DNA of 64,000 nucleotides, taken from NCBI GenBank assembly GCA_951406725.2, contig OX597824.1, forward strand, positions 25,420,001-25,484,000. Direction: 5' to 3'. This DNA is from Octopus vulgaris. Its lineage: Eukaryota. A program made the position numbers and the translations under genes. Shown here in pieces: positions 53,593-64,000 of this stretch. The notes below the pieces were generated by a model. It was not told the origin of the DNA, ran no database searches, and was given only the letters and a program-made list of their open reading frames with translations. Position 1 is the first letter of the stretch, and every line of letters starts with the position of its first letter.

Positions 53593-54053
53593 GTGGGTAT
53601 AAACACATGAACAAAATAAGAATAAACAAAAACAAAAACAAATTACACGAACGTATATAAACAGGAGATACAAATATTACAGGCGTTTCCCCCACCCCCC
53701 ATACACAAACACACACACACACACTAACTAAACATAGACGCACATAGAGATATACGCATGCGCAAATGAAGACATATACAATAGAAATACAAAATGGTTG
53801 ACGGTTAGTAAGGAGAGACACACAAATAAGAAAGAAGAAAGCAAAGGACCACTGCTGCGGTCACAGGAGTGTGACGAAAGAACTCTGGCCGAAATAAGAT
53901 TAAGATTAATGCAAAAAATAAATAACGATGAAGCAAAGTAAAACCAAATATATAGTGCGTGTGTTTTTATTAGCTAAACTAGCAAAATGACCATTCCTAA
54001 ATACAACAATATCTGTTTCAACACACGATTTCACATCAAAAATCTCGCAAAAT

Positions 54054-54123
<70 letters not shown>

Positions 54124-54736
54124 CACATACATACATACACATACACATATGACTCAATGAGAGGTTATAATTTTTGAATGTAAGAAATACGCGTTAAAAC
54201 TTAAAGAAATCGAAGGCATTTATTTGGTAAACAAAGAATATTTCTTATAGAAAAGTAAAAAAAAAGTTAAATTAGGAAAAAAATTGTTGTTCGCATAATA
54301 TTTTTAGTCTTTGAAGTTTGAAATAGTTTCAATATATTTAAAAAAATTTTTAATTCTTACCAAATTTTAAGTAAAGAATAAATGTTTCTCATATGTTTCG
54401 AACGTGACTCAATGGGAGGATTCAATTTAGAAGTAAGGAAATATATGTTTATTTTTTTTTCAAAAATGTTGAGAGTTTCTTAAAAGTAAAAATTTCCCAT
54501 CAAAAAGTTCTTTTAATTTAGATAGAGAATATTGTCCATTTAGTATTTTTGACCTATCAATCTTTCAATAGTTTCAATGTATTTTTATAATATTAAAGTT
54601 TTATCAAGTTTCATTACTTATCTCAATCTGCGTCCATGGTTTTGTTTTCTTTCATTGGTTATAATCAATCTGATTTTTTGTTATTGATTTTTCTCTTGAA
54701 TGTTGTCTTCGTTGTTTTTTCTTTTGTTTTCCTTAA

Positions 54737-56463
54737 TTATTTTGTTATTTCAAAACAATGACTGGTTTTCATTTCAAATTTCTCTGGCAGAAAAAGCATA
54801 TTTTCCAGTTCTTCATGGTTATCGTACGTATATTTCCTTTCATTTCTTGTATAGAATGGTATTTTCAATAGTGGGTTATTTTCTTTAGCTCCATAGTCAA
54901 AACGGGCTATGCAGATCACGTCTGTCTTCTTGACTATATCCGGGTCTGATCCTTGGTCTCTGCTGTTTATTATTTTTTGGATGGTACCCTTGATTGTGCC
55001 CTCGATATTGCTCTGCATTTTGCTCTCCGATGTGCCCAATATTTTACCATTGATTTTGCCCTCGATATTGCTCTGCATTTTGCTCTCCGATGTGCCCAAT
55101 ATTTTACCCTTGATTGTGCCCTCGATATTGCTCTGCATTTTGCTCTCCGATGTGCTCAATATTTTAACATTGATTTTGCCCTCGATCTTTTTTTTATTCC
55201 CGATGTCTCCGAGATTGTACCATTGATTCTGCCCTGGATATTGCCCTGCATTTCGCTCTCCGAGGTGTACAAGATTTTAGCATCTATCTCTGCATTTTGC
55301 TCTTCGGTGATATCTCTCTGCATTTTGCTCTCCGGTGTGTCCAAGGTTTTATCATTGATAGTGACCTTCATCTTTTTCAGGACTGCAACGTCATCTCCTG
55401 TACCCTCAATTGGGTACAAGATATTTCCCTCCGTATCTCCGAGTTCGAATATGCCCGTTACTGTGCCCGTGAATGTGCCCTTGATTTTGTCTGTGACGGT
55501 CCCTTTGTATTTAAAAGACCGTTTGATTATATCCTTCAGGGCGTCTTTGAGATCTTGATTGCCCTTACTATTTAATATCTCCTCCAAAATACTATCTGTA
55601 AAATAAGTAAATTCCTCCATTTTTTTGACCCTTTCGAAAATTTCCAGTTTTTTATGTGCGGATTTCAAAACATCGCCAAGTAGTTTATTAAGCAGGAGAA
55701 CAGTTTTGTGTTGGTAAGCCGTGTTATGTAGTCGATATCGTGAATAAAACATATCATAGAAATTTTTAAGCGTTTTGTCTCTGTAGCATATTTGATCACT
55801 TATTACTTTGGACATTTTCATCATTCTTTCGTGATCAAAGGATGTTCCAATGCCAAGAAAATGGGAATCTCTGGCCAGGTAATCCCATTTATCAACGTCG
55901 ATGTTATAGTCTGCATTGTTGACGATTTGGTAAAAAAATTTTTTTCTCTCAGATTTTTCTGGTTTACCAGTAATGAGATCTTTTATGAAATCAATTTCAC
56001 CAGACTTAAGTTCTCCTTCAATATGTTTGTTCTTTTTAAAAAGATGCTGCAACATTTTACATGATGCATCTTCATGTTCCCACTTTTTACCTCCAGTTTC
56101 CTTGCGATACTCGTTGATAATTTCTTGAAAGGCATGAGAAAAAGGCGCATGTCCTAAATCATGACACAAACCAGCGATTTCAACACACAGTATATCTCGA
56201 TCAGATATTTCCAGACCGGAATCTTGCTGCTTAAGATGGCGAATCATTTTCCCAGCTAGATGACATGTTCCCAGACAATGCTCAAATCTATTATGTGAAG
56301 CTGATGGATAAACGTAATAACACAAACCTAGTTGTTTGATATTACGTAATCTCTGAAATTGTACTGTATTAATAATTTTAACACAGAGTGGTGAAAATTG
56401 CATGGATCCATGAATAGCGTCCTGAAAAACCTGATCCGGACGTGTATCGTTTCCGTTAGCCAT
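54737..56463 (-). pseudogene. SAMHD1: SAMHD1-like copy 5; T8 run at 55188-55195 (T9 in copy 1, T6 in copies 2-4) shifts the frame; 575 aa if repaired, with one extra 20-aa repeat
   Basis: ORFs 55156..56463 and 54737..55159. Length 1727 = 1668 + 60 - 1 relative to copy 1. Confidence 0.85.
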
Positions 56464-56824
56464 TATAAAATTGTTAAGAATATATCTAACTTACATTCAC
56501 TTTGTCGTTTATGTTGCTGGTGGTCGTTTCGTTGCTGTTGTGTTTGTTAGTTTCGTAATGTGGAGTAGAAATATAAATTATCCAAATATGTCCAGTTGAA
56601 TATTTCTAACATATGATTTGAAATGATCTCAGTCGCATTGGCATGAAATATCTGGTGTTTCAAATAATATAAGCGATCAGTAAGTGTCTGCGTGGTTGGT
56701 AGAAAGAACACGAAATGAACTATGTTGTTTTATGAAAAATCAGCTGACGACTACACCCACTTCCTTATAACACAACTTTCACTTTACATCTTCAACATCA
56801 CTAGCAATAACATTTAATAATATC

Positions 56825-56890
<66 letters not shown>

Positions 56891-58874
56891 CAGCAGCAGC
56901 AGCAGCAGCAGTAGTATTCGTCGTCGTCGTCGTCGTCGTAGTAGTAGTAGTAGTAGTAGTAGTTGTAGTAGTAGTAGTAGTAGTAGAAGTAGTAGTAGTA
57001 GTATCACATTCGGATTTAACTACTGCGCAGAAAAGTCCGTTGTTTTCACACATGTATACGCGTGTGCATGTGTATGTATATGTGTGTGTGTGTGTGTGCA
57101 TGTGTATGTATGCGTGTGTGTGTGCGTGTGTGTGCGTGTGCGTGTGTGTGTGTGTGAATGAATAGATGTATGTAAATGTATGCGCGTAATGTTGGAACGA
57201 GGCAAATGTAGTGTCGTTAGCATTTTCTCTAGAATACCAGCAATAACGCCACTCCCCTGAAAAATCAACAGTGGCAACAAGAACTACAACAACAAAAGTA
57301 AAAAAAAAATCTTACTTTCGTAGACATCAGTTAAGAAACTACGAAATTACAGTAGCAATACCTTTGGAAAAGGGAACGAATATTATTTTCTGGATTTTGA
57401 TAAAAGAAATACATGTTCACAGATGACAATGGATTAACTTCCGTAAAATACAATCTTCAGTTACTTTCATTTTCTTAAAAGACCGCGTAAATATATAACA
57501 TAAGTTATGGCTTAGACATGGTGTGCTTCATATGGAAGTATATTGAGAAGCCAAACGTCTTCAGAAATCTCTCTATATAAAAGTGAAGTTGTGTGAGTGT
57601 CTGTCTCCTACGATTTAGATTCCTAACTACTCCTACATTTTGCGGTGCAGTTTCATATCGAGCCTTTCTGGGTATTAGCGCTGAGTCTACGATTTTAAAA
57701 ATAATTTAACATCACTTTTTTTCCATTTTAACGCATATTTTTTAAATAAAGGGAAGTAACTCTCTAAAAATATCTACGATGAGTCAACGATTTAAAAAAA
57801 ATTTACCATAATTTTTTTCCATTTTTAATGCATTTTTTGCTATATTTTGGCTATAACTCTCTAAAAATGATTTATAGTTATTTCCCTTACAAACCCGAGC
57901 AACGCCGGGCGATACTGCTAGTCTTGATATAAATCTTTTAGATCAGGTGAAATATATTTGGTACATATTTGACCTCTACAAACTGACCAATAAATACAAG
58001 TAATATAACGAGTTATCTCCTTCAATATAATTACAAGATTAAGGGAGACTATTCATTCTGAAGCTTCTCTACTCAAATGTTTTTCTTAGAGAAAATGTCA
58101 GCAATTTTAAGGAAAGGGTCAAGTCGCTTACATCAACAAAATATGCTCAATTAATACTTATTTTATCGAACCTTAAAGGGATCTTTTCGGTTTGAACAGC
58201 AGTTTTTGCTAGCGGTGTCATATAAATTTGTCACCCATAATTATGACTCTAGTATCGATCTATTGTATTTCAATCTATTTTAGGGTTAGGCTTAGGGGTG
58301 GGGGGAAGGGTGTCTTTTTTTTTTCAGAAGTGTAAATAAACCCAATCTGTTTCTTAAACGAGGGACATATTCATACGGCACAGAATGTTTTCACCTCAAT
58401 AGACGTCACTGATTAGTTGAAATTGCAGAAATTGAAGGAAAAAACAACAAATATCTTACAAACTATACAATTTTCTCAGTAAAGCCAAGAGAAAAAGATG
58501 TTTTATAAACAGATATGTAAAGCGAAAGAAGTTAAATTAAACATCCATGTACGTGCGTGCGTGCGTGCGTGTGTGTGTGCGTGTGTGTGTGCGTGTGCGT
58601 GTGTGTGTGCGTGTGTGCGTGTGTGTATGTGTGTATGTGTGTGTGTGTGTGTGTGTGTGTAACCCCTTTTTTTCATTTTTTTAGTATTATCCTTTTGCTT
58701 TCCTATATTTTTTACTGGATATTTGATGAAGGAAACCCGTGTACGGCTGACATGGATTATCTTTGGTGAAATTAAATTTACAGCTACTTTCATTTTCTTA
58801 AAAAGAAGACGTAAATGCATAACAGAATGTATGGCTAGGGGATGGCGTGCTTCCTATAGGAGTATGCTGAAAAG

Positions 58875-58948
<74 letters not shown>

Positions 58949-59250
58949 TTTGTTGTTGTTGTTTTTGTTGGTGGTGGTGGTTTTGTTGGTGGTTGTGGTT
59001 GTGGTGGTGGTGGTGGTTGCGGTGGTGGTTGTGGTGGTGGTGGTAGTAGTAGTAGTAGTGGTGGTGGTAGTGGTTGTGGTGGCGGTGGTAGTAGTAGTAG
59101 GAGTAGTAGTAGTGGTGGTGATGGTAGTAGTAGTAGTAGGAGTAGTATTAGTGGTGGTGATGGTGGTAGTAGTAGTAGTAGTGGTGGTGGTGATGGTGGT
59201 GGTTTTGTTGTTATTGTTTTTTTTGGTGGTTGTGGTTGTGGTGGTGGTAT

Positions 59251-59293
<43 letters not shown>

Positions 59294-59547
59294 GGTGGTG
59301 GTGGCGGTGGTAGTAGTAGTAGGAGTTGTACTAGTGGTGGTGATGGTGGTAGTAGTAGTGGTGGTGGTGGTGGTGGTGGACGTGGTGGTGGTGGTCGTGG
59401 TGGTTGTAGTAGTAGTATTAGTAGCCCCAGGAGCAACAGATGCGTCACCGATATTAATTGTAGTTGTAGTTTATAGTAGCGTGCAATTTTCACTTTAACT
59501 ACTGCGCAAAAAGTTCGTTGTTTTTACATGTGTATACGTGTGTACGT

Positions 59548-59611
<64 letters not shown>

Positions 59612-60977
59612 AAGTATGTGTGAGCATGTAAATGTACGCGTGTAAAATGTGTGTGGTTATGTGCACCTGTGTGTCCGCGCACTTGCATGCGCGTGTCTAT
59701 CGCAAACGATAGATTGTTGAAATATTAGACACTTTTTCTTGGAAGGAAGCAAATTCAAGTGGAAGGAAGCAAATTTCGTTAGAATTTCCTGTAGGAATAC
59801 CAACAGTAAAGTCACTTCTCCGAAATGGAAAAAAATGATGTTAAATTATTTTTAAAATCGTAGACTCATCGTAGACATTTTTAGAGAGTAACTTCCCTTT
59901 AAAAAATATGCATTAAAATGGAAAAAAATTATGGTAAATTATTTTTTAAATCGTAGACTCATTGTAGACGCGCGTTAATACCCATAAGGGCTCGATATGA
60001 ATCACGACTAAAAGATACCCGGTTTTGGTTAAACTGCACCGCAAAATGTGGGAGTAGTTAGGAATCTAAATCGGAGTAGACAGACACACAACCTTACTTT
60101 TATATATAAAGATTGGAAATGAGTGAGAACCAACGTTATCTTTATATATAAAACTAAAGTTGTGTGTGTGTGTCTGTAGTAATTAATTAATCTTGTAGTA
60201 ATTAATTAATCTTGTTTAATGCTTCTTGTGACAATAACTACCTTTCGTAGTCATCAGTTAAGAAAATTCAAAATTAATTTATTAATATATTGGAAATGTG
60301 TGAGAACCAACGTTATTGTGTCGAAATTAATGAAGGAAAACCCCTGGATAGATGATGTGCATTTGTTTTGATAAAACGGAATTTTCAGTTACTTTTATGT
60401 TCTTAAAAGAACTCGTTACTATATAGCTTAAAGATGTTGACATTCTTATAGAAGTATGGTGAGCAGCTAAACGTCTTCAGAAATCTCGATATAAATATTT
60501 TAGATCAGGTCAGTTATATATGGGACATATTTAACACCTAACAACTGATCTAAGTGTTTGTTTATTTTACAATAAATATTTTCTCTTTATTTTACCGTTG
60601 TTGTACCGTTGTTCCTTGCACTGGTGAAAAGGGAAAAGAGTGAAGTTTGGTTGAAGATTGCCCGCACATCTCTCTATGTGTTCGCTCAAATAGTATTTGT
60701 TCATATGTAGTGCAGTTCTCCATATAAGGCACACCCTTGTTTGGCCTATATAATTCTGCCCACATTCTGAAGAGTGAGAGAAAGTTGGGGCGAAAGACTA
60801 CAACAGGAGTCGCCACCACCCCCTGCCGGAGCCTCGTGGAGCTTTAGGCGTTTTCACTCAACAAACACACACAACGCCTGATGTGGGAATCGAACCCGCG
60901 ATCCTCCGACCGTGAGTCCGCTGTCCTAACCACTGGCCATTGCGCCTCCACACACACACACATATATATATACACAC

Positions 60978-61048
<71 letters not shown>

Positions 61049-61152
61049 CTTTATTTAAAAGCAGCAGAAATTTAACAAATGCTGTTACTCGGAGTTAGTT
61101 TCACCTTCCCGCTCGTCGGTCAGTTTTGCTAAAACATTTATATGTTTACTCC

Positions 61153-61270
<118 letters not shown>

Positions 61271-61853
61271 CATACATACACATGTATTTACTGGATTCCT
61301 CCCGTTTGTTTGATGAGCCATTTTTCTATCATTAATAAAACTTTGGTATGCTAGTATCTATATATTACAGTTGGTTGTTGAAATAAGGTATATTTTGCGT
61401 CTAAAAGGAAGAAGTGAAAGCTAATGAAGAGTATTAAAAATATCTCTATCTTTTCATCTCGTATTCAATTCTAGTTTCCGAATGTTATTGTCATTTTCAA
61501 AACTATTCAAATACGGAAGAGCATGACTTTGTATCACATTTTTTAACAAATGTTTTTTTCTCAGTAAGTGGTTCGCAGTAACATAATCACAAAGGATGGG
61601 ACTCCGACATCGTAGGAAAGCTAAAGAGTCGCAATATGTTTTTCGAAACAGGCGGAAATCTCCAACTTATTTGTTTCATTGCTTTCAAACTAGGATACAC
61701 ACATACACACACACACACACATATGTACGTACGTACGTATGTATGTATGTATGTATGTATGTATGTATGTATGTATGTATGTATGTATGTATTTATGTAT
61801 GCATACATGCGTATGTATATATGTATGTATACATACGTACGTAGACACACACA

Positions 61854-61985
<132 letters not shown>

Positions 61986-62715
61986 TTAATTTATCAAACC
62001 CCGAAAGGATGAAAGGCAAAGTCGACCTCGGCGGAATTTGAACTCAGAACGTAGCGGCAGACGAAATACCGCTAATACAAGTGTTGGTAGAAAGAAAAGG
62101 ATAAAAGAAGGAAAAGAAATAAAAGAAAAAGAAACAGCAAATAGATAGAGGTAAAGAGGGTGATGATTTAGAAGTTGGCATTTCTAAAAAGTATCCAACG
62201 AATGCTGGATACTTCGTTCAGCTTGCAAACGCACACATAGAACGACATGCATATCTACATAAATACAAACATACGTACTAATACACACACATATTGACAC
62301 GCATACAGATGTACAAATAAAGATATACGTAAATACATATAGATAGACATATCTTCACATCAAGATAAATATATACACCATAACGTATATAGGCATACAA
62401 ACATATTATTAAAAAAAAACTGTCTGGTATGTAAAATATCAAAATAAGGATATTGTGCAATAAATTAATTTAGCATAATTAAATGTAATATAAAATATAT
62501 ATGGGCGCCTTGGGCAAGTGTCTTCTACTATAACCTCGGGCCGACCAAAGCCTTGTGAGTGGATTTGAAAGAAGCGGAAAGAAGGTAGACGGAAACTGAA
62601 AGATAAACGTCAAATCGCCATTCTCCACAAGGAGTTCTCAAATAAAAATAAAAGCCCAATGGATGAGACAAAAGAAATATACGTATATACTGCAGTTTCA
62701 GCTATAATATCACAA

Positions 62716-62773
<58 letters not shown>

Positions 62774-63730
62774 GTGTGTGTATATGTTTGTGTGTCTGTC
62801 CCCGCAACGTCGCTTGACAACCGATGCTGGTGTGTTTACGTTCCCATAACATAGCGGTTCGCTAAAAGAGATCGATAGAATAAGTACTAGGCTTCCAAAG
62901 AATAAATCCGGGGTCGATTTGCTCGACTAAAAGGTGGTGCTCCAGCATGGCCGCAGTCAAATGACTGAAACAAGTAAAAGAGAAAGAGTAGAGAGTAAAT
63001 AAATTTTAAAATATAAAATTTGAATATCCTCTTTTACTCTTTTACTTGTTTCAGTCATTTGACTGCGGCTATGCTGGAGCACCGCCTTTAATCGAGCAAA
63101 TCGACCCCAGGACTTATTCTTTGTAAGCCTAGTACTTATTCTATCGGTCTCTTTTGCCGAACCGCTAAGTTACGGGGACGTAAACACACCTACATCGGTT
63201 GTCAAGCAATGCTAGGGGGACAAACACAAACACACACACACACATATATACATACATATATATACATATATACGACAGGCTTCTTTCAGTTTCCGTCTAC
63301 CAAATCCACTCACAGGGCTTTGGTCGGCCCGGGGTTATAGCAGAAGACACTTACCCAAAGTGTCACGCAGTGGGAATGGACCCGGAACCATGTGGTTGGT
63401 TAGCAAGCTACTTACCACACAGCCACTCCAGTGTGCCTCTTCTTTCAGGTTTACGCTTTTTACAGACGAGATGTGCATATATTAAGGCGGCGAGCTGGCA
63501 GAAACGTTAACACGCCGGGCGAAATGCTTCGCAGTATTTCGTCTGCCGCTACGTTCTGAGTTCAAATTCCGCCGAGGTTCACTTTGCCTTTCATCCTTTC
63601 GGGGTCGATTAAATAAGTACCAGTAACTCTCTGGGGTCGATATAATCGACTTAATCCGTTTGTCTGTCCTTGTTTGCCCTGTCTGTGTTTAGCCCCTTGT
63701 GGGTAGTAAAGAAATAGAAATAGATATGTG

Positions 63731-63792
<62 letters not shown>

Positions 63793-64000
63793 TACATATA
63801 TACGTATATAAATATTCAGTTGTAGTGGATAATATAAGAGGGAAAATCCACAGAATGTATATATCTTTCATGAGATGAAATATTTACGTAGTCAACCAGT
63901 TTCGCAGGTTTCATAATTTCATGAGTTGTAAGAAAGTTGTTTCGTAAATGGAAGGGAGGTAATAAGTGTTTGTTACTGTTATAGGCAGGGGAGGTAATAA

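Overview
AT-rich, microsatellite-dense animal DNA. The tRNA-derived SINE families and L1/Tx1-type LINE remnants resemble those of octopus/coleoid cephalopods (inference from recalled repeat sequences, not a database result). The whole window is a very recent tandem segmental array. Each unit carries one intronless, minus-strand gene for a SAMHD1-type HD-domain dNTP triphosphohydrolase. The protein lacks the SAM domain and contains a ~135-aa repetitive Gly/Ile/Thr/Lys-rich insertion. There are five copies, with ATGs at 8433, 26371, 41829, 49199 and 56463 (spacings 17.9, 15.5, 7.4 and 7.3 kb). Copy 1 is intact (555 aa). Copies 2, 4 and 5 each have a single 1-bp indel in a T-run, which may be a sequencing error. 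Copy 3 is truncated by a microhomology deletion. The non-coding flanks are nearly identical between units, but the proteins differ sharply in two short patches, in insert repeat number and in the C-terminal tail, which suggests diversifying selection and mosaic recombination in a candidate antiviral gene family. All copies carry Asn at the position of human allosteric D137. IRF/ISRE-like motifs lie upstream. The long units also contain a minimal type I hammerhead ribozyme, a foldback palindrome that is a rearrangement hotspot, a Helitron with a visible empty site, two degenerate LINE ORF2 fragments and several SINEs. Most other ORFs in the track are microsatellite or antisense artefacts.
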